The translations under genes and the position numbers were made by a program. From Marsupella aquatica (lineage: Eukaryota; Plantae; Marchantiophyta), in the NCBI GenBank assembly GCA_973895155.1, contig OZ316892.1, positions 21,081,619 through 21,145,618 on the forward strand: a stretch of 64,000 nt of DNA. The letters are read 5' to 3'. Below are positions 13,014-27,009 of this stretch, piece after piece; position 1 is the stretch's first letter; the number at the start of each line of letters is the position of its first letter. The notes below the pieces were generated by a model that was given only the letters and a program-made list of their open reading frames with translations, was not told where the DNA came from and searched no databases.

Positions 13014-14753
13014 ATGGCTGAGACTGAGAGGCTGGGTTATTCCACTTCCACCAACAACCATCCCAGCAAGGTTCTGAGCACCGGGTGGTCAGCCCTATGG
13101 AGATTACTGTGCGCCCTTTCACTTTTTGCAGCTGCCGCCAGTGGATTTTCGGTGCCCATCACCGACAGGGCGCCCAGAATCGATATCGACGGAGCTTTGG
13201 ATCCCAGATTTGCGTATGCCGAGAAGTTCATTACCGCGGACAACTCCCTGTTCGGGCCGCAGATTGAGGGCACGTCGGTCGACCGCCTCGGTAGGATTTT
13301 TGCCGTCGACTTCCAGGACCAGACTCCGCAACTAGGACAGCTGTCCGATGAAAACGGGGAAGTGGACCAGAAGCTGTTCTTCAAATCGGATGACGAGGAG
13401 TCCTTCTTCAACGGAATTCGTTTCCTCCCAGTACCGTGGGAGAACTCCGATGTACTATCCACAGCAGTCGTAGCTGATAAGAAGGGACAGGTACTTCAAG
13501 GTCCCCCTTTCTGCTTGTTTGTCTTGACTGCTTCAGCCATGGAGCTGTTTCACACACTAACGGGAAGGGTGCCCTTAACATCACTGACGGATCAACTGTT
13601 TAGTTAGGCACAGGTTTATTTACATGAATGTAACAGAGATGGAAGACTCTTAACCAATCGAAGATGTTCGATGAATGAAAAGATCAGTGGAAAGCATTGG
13701 ACCTCGTCAATATCTTTGTTCATGAAAAGTAATAATGAAAAGTAATTATGAAATGGTACTATGTTAGACGGTGTTGGGTTCATCTTTGCTAGCGTTCTCT
13801 TCAGTCAATGTACAGATAAATGAATAAATGTGTTACAAAGAGTCCAGTCTCTGGGTTCAACGATAGTCATACCACAGGTGAATGAATGAAATAGAGATTA
13901 TGTAATATGAAACTTAATGGGTGTGCATATCGTGATACACATGAGGCTAACAAGAAGCGTATAATGGCAGGTTGGGCAAGTAGTCCAGACGAAGGACGGA
14001 GTAGTCCGAGGAAGAGTGTTCTGCAAAGACGAGCATATGATCGAGCCCAATGATGTGGCGGTGGCTTACAAATCCGGGAAGGTGTATTCCACAGGGCTGA
14101 ATTACGCTCCCGACACGTCTTTTGGTGATGGAGACATCTGGCTCTGTGAAATTAACAACGGTTCGTTCGTTTTCTCTCCTGATGTCAAGTACGACGGCAC
14201 TGTTACCCCAGCCACTAGACTGCGTGTTCAAGGGCGTGCCAATGGAATCGAGGTCTCCTTCGATGAAAAGCATCTCTACGCAGCCGAGACGTGGGCCACA
14301 GACATGAAAATTTACTCGAATATGGTATGGAAGTACGATATTGATCAGGAGACCGGTCTGCTCTCCAACAGGAGGATGTTCTTTGACATGAAGGACATTG
14401 ATGAAGAGCTGCAAGGCAAAGCCGGGGATATTGATGGCGTGAGGACAGATATGGATGGGAATCTGTTCCTAGTGAGGAATGGGGAGCCTGGGGAGGTTGT
14501 CAAAGTCTCGCCTACAGGTAAAGTTCTGGAGAGAATTAAACTTCCGGGAATCATGGAGCCTACAAATATTGAATTGGGTGGGCCGCACGGGACTACTTTG
14601 TTCATTGTGGGAAAGTGCAGGGAGAATCCAGATTTGGGTTGTATCGATAAGTGGGAAAATCATGGGTCTCCTGGACGGGCCTTCTTCAACCTCTATCGAC
14701 CTGATCCTGCTCCCCCTGCTGAGGTAGAGGAGGATATACATGACGAGCTATAG
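13014..14753 (+). CDS. Secreted SMP-30/gluconolactonase-like six-bladed beta-propeller; exons 13014-13490 and 13971-14753
   Basis: Hydrophobic signal/TM LWRLLCALSLFAAAASG; IEGTSVDRLGRIFAVDF, IEPNDVAV, ANGIEVSFDEKHLY, IDGVRTDMDGNLF, PTNIELGG. A phase-0 GT..AG intron at 13491-13970 joins both ORFs in frame. Confidence 0.85.
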
Positions 14754-17229
14754 GAGAAGAAGAAGAAGAAGATGAACAAGAAGGTGAACAAGAAGAAGCT
14801 AAATTGGCCTCTGCTTGAAATTTTTACACAGGCCTTGGTTTGGAGTTTGATTAATGTTGAAGAATTGAAACAGAAATGCTCACTATGGTTCTCATGATTA
14901 GCAATGTAAATTTTCCTTGTAAATCTACTTGCCATTGCAAAGTTTGGGGTCATGATGAGTTTGTTGTACTAGAGCGTGATCTCAAGCATCAAACTCTGCT
15001 CTCTGAAGCTTTAGTGTAGCCTTGCACGGGTCTTGTTTGCTTTTGTAATATGGATGTACGCTTGCCAAATTTAATTTTAGCTATCGCCTCTCTACAGTAT
15101 CTCTATTGTGTGAGTGCCCCAAACGTAGAACAAATAGTGGCAAGCTGAAACAACCCAATTAGCCCAAAGCAGCTGTCGTGTTTTTTTCTTGGATTGGTAA
15201 CTTCGCGCATGGGGCTGTGTTGGGCTCTTCTATAATCTGAAACTTTTCCTATAATCTGAAACCAGCCGTCCTATGGAAAGGAATGTTACTGGAGTGTTGT
15301 TGCCACAATGGAAATGTCCGTCGCAAGTTGCTGCCATCAGCCGAATAATTCCCTAAACAGTGCCTCTAGTGACAAATTGCGAACGTCAAAGCTGTCTCTC
15401 CTTGCATACAAATTTTCATCCAGAAATCAATCCACCTGTGCATAACTAGCTCAAACATCTCTGATTGTGGACGAATCATTTGTCTCTCTTCAATTCCAGC
15501 GTAAGGTTTGAAGAGCGCTCTTTGTGCAATATCCCTGTACATGCCACTCATTTCCGAAGCTTCCTCCCTTGTTGGGGCCCTCACCTCGTTTGAAAAACCG
15601 TTTCAATATTTTCAGTTGTTTAGAAAAAACGACCTGCTAAATGCGGTGCCCGATTTTGGCAAGAAAACTCTATACACCTCTTTCTTTCTATTTCAATTTG
15701 TAAAGATGACTCTTCTGCAAATGGTTTAGACAATTAATAATAGTAAAGCGAACAATATTAGGCATCGATCCAGTTGTTGGTAAACGTTAGCATCCCTTCA
15801 ACACGTCATCTGACAAATGGAGACTCTCTTTCAGGTCACTATGGCCCTACTCTGTTGAACTAGAATCGATACCAGCTGCATCCTCGCATTCACCCTAAAC
15901 CTGACATGATTTTGATTTGATGGTGAGATAGTCTCGAAATCCCCATAATTGATGTCTACAGCTTTTAGACGGATAAGCAACATAATAAAGGGTATTGCCC
16001 GCTGGAAGCTTTCTATCCAACTTCGTCATGATTTGAATCTAGAGATCTGCTACATAATTATTGTGATTAGAAAACTCCAGTGTGTCGTCCTAGTGATTGA
16101 GTGACTGTTTTGATGTCTGTAACGTTCCAATCTTAGTCCTGGCCATTAGAAACAAACTCTAAATAACTTGAGGACAAACGAGGGACTCTTTTTCTAATAG
16201 CTCGTCTGGCTTGCACTGATTAGTGCAGTTGGATTCTAACCCGCAGGTCAGACCTGGGCTTAGAGTGCCACACTGTCTGTCCAGGTGGGAAGGAGCAGTT
16301 TCTCCCAATCTCTCATCCATTAACAGCTGACACTTGTCCTCCAAGTGGCCCTGGCGCTTTTAGGCTCTTTGCCCTTCGTGTACATTCTCCCTTGTGTTTC
16401 CTGTCCTTTACTTTGGGGGTTTTGTACTTTGGGAGTGTGAGATAAATTGGACAGATGGATGTTTTGGGAGTCTATTGCTAAACCCTCACTAGCTCGGGAA
16501 TAGCTCATGGAGAGTTATTTAGTCACTTGCAAGGGATTCACCAATGGTAGAAACCAACTAAATGGGCATACACTCAACCCCTCCTTTGTTGTTGTTATTA
16601 TTATTATTAAAAAGTTGGATTCATGCCATCCAAAATAAATATTTGTATGCTATTTGATCAAAATTTTACCTAGCATAGAAAATAAAATAAGATGTTTATA
16701 ACGCAAAAGTGAAACATCATTGATCATTTATTTTCTATACAGAATTTTTAATACAATATGTTTGTACAAAAGTAGGAGTATTTTACATAGGTCAGGATGG
16801 GTTTTAAGGCCAGGATGTACCAATATCTTCCCTATGAGGCCTAGTGGAAGTCACTTGGATGGACTAGATTGAAATACAAAAATACCGATTGAATACTGTT
16901 GTTTACACTTCTATCCAAAAAGCACCTTATCGATGGCCAAATCATCACGTTTGTCCAACAAGTACCTTATCAGTGGCAGATCATCACTTCTCTCCAAAGG
17001 GTACCCTGTCAATGGCAAAATCGCCAATGATTGCAGTTTCCAGTTCATTCTCCCTGCAACCTTTTCCCTAGATAGAGTTACTTCATCTTGTTTTTTTATA
17101 TTTTAGGAACAAAGAAGGATATAACCTATGGCACATTTAGTTCTTCAGGGACGTTAACTGATCTTTATGGTAAATTAAACTTTTAAGCACTTTCAAAGTT
17201 TATTATTTTACTTAGAGTGCCTCAAGTAG

Positions 17230-17739
17230 TTGTTAGGTTATGCTGCTAGCCAACCTATTTACTTCCATACTACTAGTTAGGCTTTAGCAGAATAGGATAG
17301 TCCTCATTTGAGTTTCAGGTTGACTTCCCATAGACCATGGGATGGGGTATATCCAAGGGGAACCCAAATGTGTGCTCACATTAGAGAGTTCAGTCTTATG
17401 TGTGCAAAGGCTGGAGGATATTAGAGATCAGTTTCATAGTGGAGCTTGTGAACTAGTCAGGCTATGGTGAGAGTACATATTATGTTCATATTGACTCTTC
17501 TCGCACGGCTGTCGATGTAGCCTTGATGGGGTGAACCACTCTATCTACCGGTGCTGATTCATTTCTGTATGCTGGTTCCTATGTGTTAGGAATTGATTCC
17601 AGTTCCCAACTAAAGTTAGTTTGGCTCTACTAGAGTTAGTTTACCCTTGCTTAGATTAGGATAAGATACACTTTGATTTGCCCCCCCCCCCCCACCCACC
17701 CACACTGAGGGTATTGGTTTAGGGTTGACATTCTTCACA
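17230..17739 (+). mobile_element. Degenerate Copia-like LTR remnant
   Basis: gatgtagcc..ggtgaaccac at ~17515-17540 resembles the equivalent motif in the Copia LTRs of this window. Poly-C tract and a ..CACA end at 17739. The 5' boundary is uncertain. Confidence 0.3.
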
Positions 17740-19837
17740 TGAACTCTCATATGTTATGGATCCCTCAAGCGTTTCTCCACCGTTGTCTTATAAGTGTAGC
17801 TTTTGATCAAGTGTGCTTTCATGTTCTGCATTTGCTTTCTAGTTTGAGCCGGCTGTTTCTTACACTTTGTTGTCATGTTGTCCAATTAGATCCCCAAGAG
17901 TAGTCTGATCAATGGTCAAAAAGAAAATAAACTTAATTTCACAAATGCTTTGCAATTGTTTTACACACTGTCTTGAAATTCAAGGGCATTGAATGATATT
18001 TTGTAAAGTCTTTCAGGATGCTCTTACATAATTCTATTTTTTACAGAGCATGGTATCCCAAAGTATACATTACCTTAAATCCCCGGCCAAGAGGCAACCT
18101 AGGCCCCCAATGAATACATCAAGGTGAGGAGAAATTTCCACAAGTACAACAAGCCCATTGATAGGAGGGCAAGGCTACATAAATGATGCAGGGAAAGGAA
18201 GATAGTAAGTTCCATTGATGAGTGGAAGCTTAGGGGAATTATCAGGGCACTACATGGAAGTGTCATCCAATGTAAGATGTACATTACTGTCCCAAAGGAA
18301 GAAACCATTCGTCATTAAAGCAATTGCTCTTATATTAAACATGCCCTGCAAGAGCAATGTCATATAAGAACAGCTTACAACCCCTTACAAAAAGAGGGCA
18401 TTATCTTATAGTCCAATTGTAGATATATGCAGAGTGTACCCTAATGCCATCCTGGTTCAAGCAGGACCTGTGGGAAACATTCAATAAATTATTTTTCATT
18501 GTAGGAAACAGCGCAAGGGTTGCAATATTATTTGCCTGCTTTCATTTTCTAATTTTATGAACTATGTATACACTGGATTCTTCAGTGTTTTACATGAACC
18601 CAGATGGCACTATAGTTATCTGACGTAAGACTCTCACATCACTCTCCCAAACAAAGAAAAAATCATCAGTAGGGCGTCTTGATCCTTGAGCAATACGTCA
18701 AGGAGGTGTTCTGGTCATATCATCCAGCCATAGCTATTCTTGTCATCAGGTAATATTTTTGGTGCCCAGCCTGTGAAGCTTCCATCTGGCCATGTCTTAT
18801 GGATGTCTATTAAGAACAAAAAGTTACAAAATGCTGATTTCTAAGTCCTTAGAGCATTCCTACCCTGCCAGCATGGACTTTACTTAGTGAGAGGTGCTGG
18901 CTAGAGCTCTTTTTATTCTCCCACCAGGCCATGGGAAATTCAAACCCGGGCTCTTGGCACACCAGAAGGCACCGTGCCACAACTGGTAAATCAAGGCATG
19001 CAGCAGTGGCCCCAGCCCAGTCCTGCCTAATTGTGTGTGGAGGACACCAATTATCCAATCTCATTTCTGCAGACATCACTTGTCAATTCTCACTTGTCGC
19101 TTGTCGATGTTCACTTGCCAACTGGTGGGGATCAGGGCCGGGTGCAATCTGCCAAAGATGACCCTGAATGTGAGTGGCCTCACCATTGACCCCCATAGAT
19201 AGGGGTCCCAAATTGTGCTACCTATGCTTTGCCTTTTTAAGGATTGTGTCTATAACCCATAAGCTCACCAGTTAAATACTCTGAACTTTGAGACCCCCTT
19301 TGGGCCAATTGCTTTTATATCAAGCATCAGCGTTCAACACGGCAGCAGCAATCTCCTATAAGAACAACAAGCCCTCCCGAAACGGAGTAAAGTAGAGTAG
19401 TGTCGTCTTTTATGTGTATACAACGAGTTTCAGACTGAAACCTCTTGACCGCTTTCTCGTTCTCAGTGAATCGCGAGTTCCATTGATCATTGCCGTCCCA
19501 CCGAAGATTGTCCAGAGATCCATCAGTACTGTACATCACCACTGAATTGATCGGCCACCGAAGCCGATCCGGCCCTCACTCACAGGCTTTTTGCTGCTTC
19601 GAGGAATTCTGTGTGAAAGTTTTGCTTCTCGCGGGTGGGTGATCGGTCGGTGGGTCTGTCTGTACGTCTGTCGGTTTTTGGTTCGAAGGGGACGAAGCGA
19701 GAAGTATCAGCTGCGGATCGGCGGGGAATTGATGCGGTGAGATGTCATGAGCAAGACGGGACACTGGAGCTCACGCTTTTCGCCAGCTGTGTTCACTTGA
19801 GAACAGCAGTTCTCGGTGAGCTTGGCGTTCGGGGGAA

Positions 19838-20476
19838 ATGGGGAGAATAAAACCGGCGGCCTTGTTACGGCAGAGCAAGAAGCAGAAAGGGCCTGCGCGA
19901 CCGAGTGTCACTGCAATAGCCGGTTCCCTATGTTTTCTCCTCGTGGTTCTGCTTTCGGTGGCTTTTGTCAGCAAGCAGAGAGGGCAACACGGTCATGACC
20001 GATCACCTCAGTTTGCGGTTTTCAATACCACCAAAGGGCTACTGACTCTGCAGCTGTCTGATCGGCATGAACCTAACGCTGTGGAGAACTTCGTGAGCCA
20101 CAGCCAAAACGGGGACTACAAAGGATGGAGATTTGACAAGGGGTTGAACTTCCTCGTGATTCAAGGAGGGGATCAAGCGATTAAAGGAATAGATGAAAAT
20201 TTGCTCTCGGATGTGAAGGTTGAGGATGAGACTGGGGCCGGTGGGCTCAAGTATGAGCGATTCACATTGGCTTTGGAAAACCTGGGGCCCCTTACAAATA
20301 GTTCCCGCTTCTTAATCACTACTACTGACACACCACATCTTAGTCGTGACAAGCACTTTGTCATTGGCCGTTTTGTGGGGGACCTGAGCGTGCTGCAGGA
20401 CATGGAGTATTCCCTTACAGATAAAAGTCAGCAGCCTCTCGAGCACGTTGTGATTCACAACATCCTTTCTCTGTAG
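19838..20476 (+). CDS. CYP21-4: Membrane-anchored cyclophilin-type PPIase, CYP21-4-like, intronless, degenerate active site
   Basis: N-terminus MGRIKPAALLRQSKKQKGPAR plus TM helix as in plant CYP21-3/4; NTTKGLLTLQL, VENFV, VIQGGD, GPLTNSSRFLITT, KHFVIGR. Confidence 0.8.
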   Translation: MGRIKPAALLRQSKKQKGPARPSVTAIAGSLCFLLVVLLSVAFVSKQRGQHGHDRSPQFAVFNTTKGLLTLQLSDRHEPNAVENFVSHSQNGDYKGWRFDKGLNFLVIQGGDQAIKGIDENLLSDVKVEDETGAGGLKYERFTLALENLGPLTNSSRFLITTTDTPHLSRDKHFVIGRFVGDLSVLQDMEYSLTDKSQQPLEHVVIHNILSL

Positions 20477-21899
20477 TTCTTCTCCAAAGACAATTTCATT
20501 GAATTGTTTTCTGAAAAGTCTTTGTGGCGGGCTACTACTGGCTTGTCTTGTTTCGTGGGTGGAGAGCAGATTTTCCTAGCATCTCTGCTGATACTTTGTT
20601 TTTGGGTCAATTCTTGTGTCACTCGAGGTTGCAGTAGTGGTTTATTAATGACTCAAGCTTCATGTGCTGCAAATTGTAATTAGAAGGGAGTGGGTATGAC
20701 CAGTAAATGGTTTGGTTTATATATCAGCAAAATGTCAGAAATAAAATTAGAATCCGAGGGGAGTATCTTCGAAATTCATTTTCTAGAAATACCTCTCCTT
20801 TATCTTTGAATTCTTAGTCCTAATGCAGTGATCTCCTCCACAGCCTACAGAGATGATATTGTGAAAACAAAAGTTAAACTGTATAACCTGAAGACGAAAC
20901 AGAGTAGTGGAGCTCGAAGCTAATCGTTTGGCATTGTAGAGTCTCAATTATTTCTAGGGTCCCGCGGCCTGTTGCAATGGCATCGATTGAAATGAGTAAT
21001 GACATAATAGAAGGAGCGAGGGGAAGAAAGTTACTAAACAAGGTGAGCATTCTTTATCATGTGTCTGTCACATAGCTCAATCTGTCTCTCTGATTCTGTC
21101 TGTTTGTAGTTTTCCAGTTATGTACCCGAATGGAACGTTCATGGGGCCCTTGCCAGCCAGGAGCCTGGTCGTGTGTCTGGCTTCCAGCTCTATGTCATTT
21201 TTTATTTCTTTGGAAGGTTTCGTCTTTGCTGTGCGTTGAATTTACTTTCTAATCCTTAATAAATCTGGATCCATTTTTGGTGTTTAAATGTCGATCATTG
21301 AGACCTTTTCCTAACATAGATCAGGTTACTTTCAAATATAAGGTTTCCCAATATGGACCGCAGTTTTTGTTTTCTCGTGCAATCCATACAATCTGACACA
21401 TTTATTAGGCTCCGGACTTTTACCCTCGACGGCTGTGAACAATGTTTACCTAGAAGTGCCTACTGCGTCAGTGTGATGTTCCATAAGTGTCGCCTGAGAT
21501 GAAATTTACTACTGGACCTGCTTAGTTCTCACGCGCTTCAAATTCTCTCCACTCGTCTGATCTTCCATTAGTTCAGCCTGAGATTTAAGTCCTACAGCCC
21601 TCGTTTCTAGACATATTATTTCCTGAAGACTGCCCGCAACAACTCAGATTTGGCAGTTCATGTTGGATGGCCCTCTTCATTAAACCAGCCTACAGAATGG
21701 ACATGTTCCTGTAGCTATAGAAAGATATAAAGCCTAAACTTACAGTCCAGGTAGTTAGTTGTACACTACTTTCTGGCTAACCTAACCTAACCTTCCCCAG
21801 CCATGGATTCGACTGTGATGAATGGCCTGGACTTTTACAAAAGTTTGTCCTGGTACCCTTAAGAGTTGTCCGTAATGTGGCCAAATTGGAGTCAGTCGC

Positions 21900-22222
21900 C
21901 TGTTATGTAGGCATCGATCCAGGGTCAGTTGAATGTCGTCTTGCAGTTGAACTATACAGGATTCCAATGGGGTTGAAACTGCCAGAAGGGCTTTTGGATG
22001 TGCTTCGCTATAAGTCTGTTGTTTAGGCATGGATGCAGGGTGAATTGAATGTTGTCTCTCCCTGTGAAACTGCCAAAAGGGCTTTGGGATGTGCTTTGCT
22101 ATAAGTCTGTTATTTAGGCATGGATCCAGGGTGAGTTGAATGTGGTCTCTCAGTTGAACTAGGCAGGATTCAAACAGGGGCTGAAACTGCCAAAAGCGTT
22201 TTGGGATGTGCTTCACTATAAG
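21900..22222. repeat. Degenerate ~90-117-bp tandem repeat, three copies
   Basis: gaaactgcca(a/g)aag..ttt(g)gatgtgctt..ctataagtc at 21975, 22066 and 22183. Confidence 0.8.
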
Positions 22223-22246
22223 TCGCCAGCAGTTGTGCTGGAACAG

Positions 22247-22307
22247 AATGAGATAACTTCGAGTTCACAACACTTCCAATGAGATAACTTCGAGTTCACA
22301 ACACTTC
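22247..22307. repeat. 31-bp tandem duplication
   Basis: aatgagataacttcgagttcacaacacttc x2. Confidence 0.9.
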
Positions 22308-22928
22308 TCCCTGACCTCATCCAGTGTTTCATGAGTCAATATGTGTCAGAGGGAGAATTTTAGTAGTTTTGGGGGCGTAAGAGCAGTGATCACCCTTAAT
22401 TCCACCCTCTTCTTGGAGGGATAACTCTCTTTGCCAAGCATTTTTACAAGATCTTGGTCAAATTCCCACCCAACAAAATGGCTGCCACTCACCTTGAGGG
22501 TGTACTATTTCTAACATACTAAGAGTATTTTAATGAAATGACCACAATTCAAATCTAGCACTGTACTACGAGAACCCACAAATTCTGGCGGATGGTTTGC
22601 TGAAAAAAAAGCAAAAATAAAAAGGGAACGAATCCTGGCTGTCTACTGAAAAAAGGTTCCTTTGTCACTGTTGGATCCCCATCTAAACCCCTCCTGCCAG
22701 TGAGACCTCACTTTCCCCAGGGCACTACGACTCCCTAGGAGCACACCCACTGCCTTCTGGTAGGCCTTGCCTCAAGCCTCCCTAGCAGCCTCCTCCTTGC
22801 CCTCTATGTGCCACTGGACACAGGTGCGAGCATGGAGGGCAAGGACTCAGGCACAGGCACATAATTTCTGTCAGGAGAAGAGGTTACCGGTGTGTAACCA
22901 TTTTTGCAGGGCCTGCTATAGTCATAAT

Positions 22929-23027
22929 CTGCTGTCCTGAAAAGTCAAGCCAGTAAACTCTTACTGGGCAAGAGTTACTGCTGTCCTGAAAAGTCAAGCC
23001 AGTAACCTCTTACTGGGCAAGAGTTAC
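22929..23027. repeat. 49-bp tandem duplication
   Basis: ctgctgtcctgaaaagtcaagccagtaa(a/c)ctcttactgggcaagagtta x2. Confidence 0.9.
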
Positions 23028-24695
23028 GTATACTAGTGCAGGGCAGGGCTGGGGTTATAGAATGTAACATGCTCCCCATATTCTGGACACAAGGTTACAG
23101 CCTAGTAACCCTGCGCCCAGACCTGCATTACCCTATATACTTATGGGATGCAGACCTCACTGTCTGGGCTGTATGGCTGCCCTCCTCCCCAGTGTACCGC
23201 TTGCCAAGGTGCCTGGCACGGGCTCACTGTCTTCCTCGTTCAGAGAGGGGTCAGAGGAGGAAAAAATATGTTGTGTGAACACATCAAGACACCACAAAGC
23301 CACTGCTGCCAGCCCATCTTGCAATCCCTAGCGCTCTTCCCTCCCCATCACTATCACTTTTGCAACAAGTATGACCAAAATGATAACATTTTTGCAACTG
23401 CACCCCTCCCTCCTCAACAACATCACTTTTGCAACAACAAGTCTGACCAAAATGATAACATTGTTGCAATTATCAATTATCATCATTAAACGCAACCATC
23501 ATCTCACCCTAAAAGAAAAATGGAACCAAAGAATGAGACCTGTCCAATAAAAGGATGGTCTACTCACCTCATCTTGCTTTGTGGCCTAATGCTGCTCTTC
23601 CCATGCTGACGTGTTACTCCATCAGAGCATTCCTGCCCGTAGGCTCAAGCTCCATTCACAGTAGGCATTGGGCAGACTACCAAGCCCTTTGGGCAGCCGG
23701 GCCTCCAGAGAGAGAGAACTGGTACCTTTGGCCCAATAAGACATAACCACTTGTTTCCACTACAACCTTAAACTCTTGCTTTTTTCTACAAATTTGCGTA
23801 TGATTAGGGGTGTAGGTAGGTGCCAAACCCAAGCCCCTAATGCATTGATGATTGGCTTGGTACTAAAGCTAGTGCATTACTATCTTTAACTTCCAGGCTT
23901 AAACTTGTGCACCTATACTCTCGCTGGTCTATAAATTAATATCAGTTCCAAAAAAATCTAAAGAAAAACAAGTAGAAAATATTTTTGAGAGACTACCTTC
24001 TCTAGTGTTTTATCCTCATGTGTCAAATCTTTGTTCTTGTGACCAGTCAGTCCATAAACCCCAAGGCACAAGACAAGCCATGAGCTCCACTAGTCCAAAG
24101 TATAGTACAAAATAACAAAAAGCGCCAAAAAGCAGCAGACCCAACAAAGGTGAGAAAACAAGGGAATCTCCAAAGAGCCAAGAAGTCAGTGAGTCCTCAT
24201 CAATGGCAAAAGAACTAAAGCCCTATTGAACACCAAACTGAAAGGCCTGGTAGAGTTCCCAAGTAAAACTCATAAGAGAAATTAGACTAGAGGCCCTAAA
24301 ACCTATTCCAGAGTAAACCTCATAAGAGAAATTGGTCTAGAGGCCCTGAAACCCAGTGCCTCGGCCCTCTGGAGAGAATAGTGAACACAGGGAATACCAA
24401 GGAGATTGGGGTGAGGGCCATGAGATTAACCAACTTCCTTGGAGTCTCGTGGAGAACGAATGGGTGGACGTGCTCTATGGTCAACCGTGCCACCAAAGGA
24501 TATTTTACCATTGTTTGGAATTTTGAAATCCGAAGGCTGAGAGTGTACCCACAAAACATTATCTTCCTTCGCGTGAACTTTCAGCAGAGGATGACAGGAC
24601 ATTGCTCACTTCTAAGCTAACAGATTATCCCTGTCATTCCTGCTGCTGCAGTCTGAGAACTGAAGAGAGATTGAGATCGTCAAATTGCATCTACC

Positions 24696-27009
24696 ATGGC
24701 GAGCTCTTTGAGCTGCAGCTTCTTGCTGCCAATCTCCTCCCTCTCAGCTCTCTCCTCGTCTTCTTCTCCTTCCTTTGCACGGAAATCGAAGTTCTGCATA
24801 GCGAAAATTCCCTCTCGCTCGCTGAAGATTGTTGGGGCACAGCAGGAGCAGGTGGCTTTGTCCACTGACGGGAAACGCCATAGCCACTCAGGTGAGATGC
24901 TCCTCCCAAGTTTGAGGTGGTCCAGGCGAGAGATTCTCGGCCTGGGAGCGACTTTGGCAACCACGGGGATGGGAATGGCGATCGTCACTCCTGAAACCAA
25001 TGCTGCGACTGGGGAGTGTGCTGAGCTGACTGTGAGCCCATCCGGTCTGGCATTCTGCGACACTGCTGTGGGGTCTGGGATCAGTGCATCCAAGGGATTG
25101 CTCATTAAGGTGTGTGTCGCAATCTGTTTACTCTGTTTCTCTTCGTTCCCAGGAGTTTGATTGTCAACGGTAGCTGTTAAATTTCTACCTTGTTGCGGGT
25201 TGGACCCACATCAACCGACGATGTTTAACGATGAGAATATTACTTACAAATTCCTGAATCTCGACATTCGGATCTCCTGGCACAAATGTCAGCCACTTAA
25301 GGAAGATCGAGATGGTGAAATCCTGTGGAAATGGTTATGATTTGGGAAGTTCTTGTATTTCTGTTGGGAAGTTTCAGAAGTAGTACATGCTGGCAGAAGA
25401 CTGTTTCTTACGTGGTGTACTTGCCTTCTCACACTTTCTCTGTCTTGCCCCACTTTTGGGGTATCTTGGACTTCACTATTATTTTCGCTTCCGCATGCCT
25501 CCACCGATTAAGAAAGGGAATTTGAAGTGTGGAAATAGACGTTTTAGCAGGTTGTATGCTTGCATTGGGAAGGATTTGGACGAATCATCTTGTTGCTCCC
25601 GGTGGGCTTAAGTTGAACTCAAAGCTGTTCTGTCAGAACCAATTAATGTTCCATTTGTTCCGCTCTTTGTGATTTTTCCAGGCCCATTATTCCGGGAGGC
25701 TGGAGAATGGAAAGGTTTTCGATAGCAGTTACAATCGTGGAAAACCTTTGGTTTTTCGTGTCGGCGTTGGAGAGGTGGCTCTTTCCCTTCCTTCCTCTAA
25801 CTCTCCTGTCAAATTCCCACACTTATTGTGCCCTCTTCTTGCAGGGTCAAATTCCTGTACGCAGGCGGATATAGCTTACGTCGCAATATCTCAATCTTGC
25901 ATATGCTGTAAACTCATAATATACTTAGAATGCACTGCCGCTCCTGCTCTTTGGGTGAATGCCTTCAAACATCAGGGTGTCATGGGCTTCAATCGTTCAT
26001 TTTCTGTCTGCCTGAAGGGTTTAGGGTCCCTCTGAGATTGAAAGGCTATGGCGAGCGGTAAAGTAAGATTCGTCGTATTTTAAGAAAGGTCAGTTCGATA
26101 GAATCGAAGGAAACAAGACCAAAACTTTCCAGTCATTTTTCTCGGTTTTGTTCTTCGATCAGGAGGGAATTTTTATTGCTAGTCAAGCATCGGTCATGGT
26201 TGGTTTATGTCTTTCCCGACCTTCTTTCTTTTATGAGCATATAATGCCAGAAAAAGTCTAAGCACAGCTCCCAAATGTAGGTTGGATCCTGGTGACAGCC
26301 ATATTCTCTCCGCGCTGTCTGTTGTCTTCCAAACCCAAAGAATTCTTCCAGCTTGTGTTATTTGAATGCTTATGTCCATCTAGAGACGTTGAATTTTTTG
26401 CCATCATGTTAGTTCCATCCCCTTCATCTGAGCTTTCTCCTGTCATGTCATGGCCGAATATGGAATTGACAGAAGCCCTTCGGACTTGCAACTGACAAAG
26501 CTGTGTTGTTGTTTCATAGGTGATTAGGGGTTGGGATCAAGGCATTCTCGGGAGCGAAGGGATTCCCCCCATGCTTGCAGGTTTTCCCACCATCCTATAC
26601 CACTTGTGATAATGAGCTACCAACTGCAGAACCATCGTTTGGTTTTTCTCAAGAACTTTCTCAAGATTGAACTTGCTAATGGTGAGGCAGGAGGCAAAAG
26701 GACTTTGAGGATCCCTGCAAACTTGGGATATGGAGAAAGGGGAGCTGGATGTAGGGGAGGTGAGCCTCAACTCTTCCACTCAAATCTTTGATCTGTCCTT
26801 GCCAATGAGAGCATAACATACCCGTTCCTAACGTCTCTCCATAAAATATCTTCCATTATTCTTGCAATTGCATGACATTACGGTTGATAATAATATCCTG
26901 TGGCGAATGAGCTGAAGTATCTCATTTGGTTTTGGACTGTGCAGGCTCATGTCTCATCCCACCTAATTCGACTCTCATATTTGATGTGGAGTTTGTGGGC
27001 AAAGCGTAA
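24696..27009 (+). CDS. FKBP13: Thylakoid-lumen FKBP-type PPIase; exons 24696-25109, 25682-25774, 26520-26580, 26691-26759, 26945-27009
   Basis: Transit peptide, twin-Arg SRREILG, CAELTVSPSGLAFCD, AHYSGRLENGKVFDSSYNRGKPL, VIRGWDQGILG, GGKRTLRIP, GAGCRGGSCLIPPNSTLIFDVEFVGKA. All introns are GT-AG and in phase. Confidence 0.95.

Noticed and set aside
21782-22216. 144-aa repetitive ORF
   Set aside because: It is a translation of a DNA tandem repeat whose units shift frame, and it has no ATG start.
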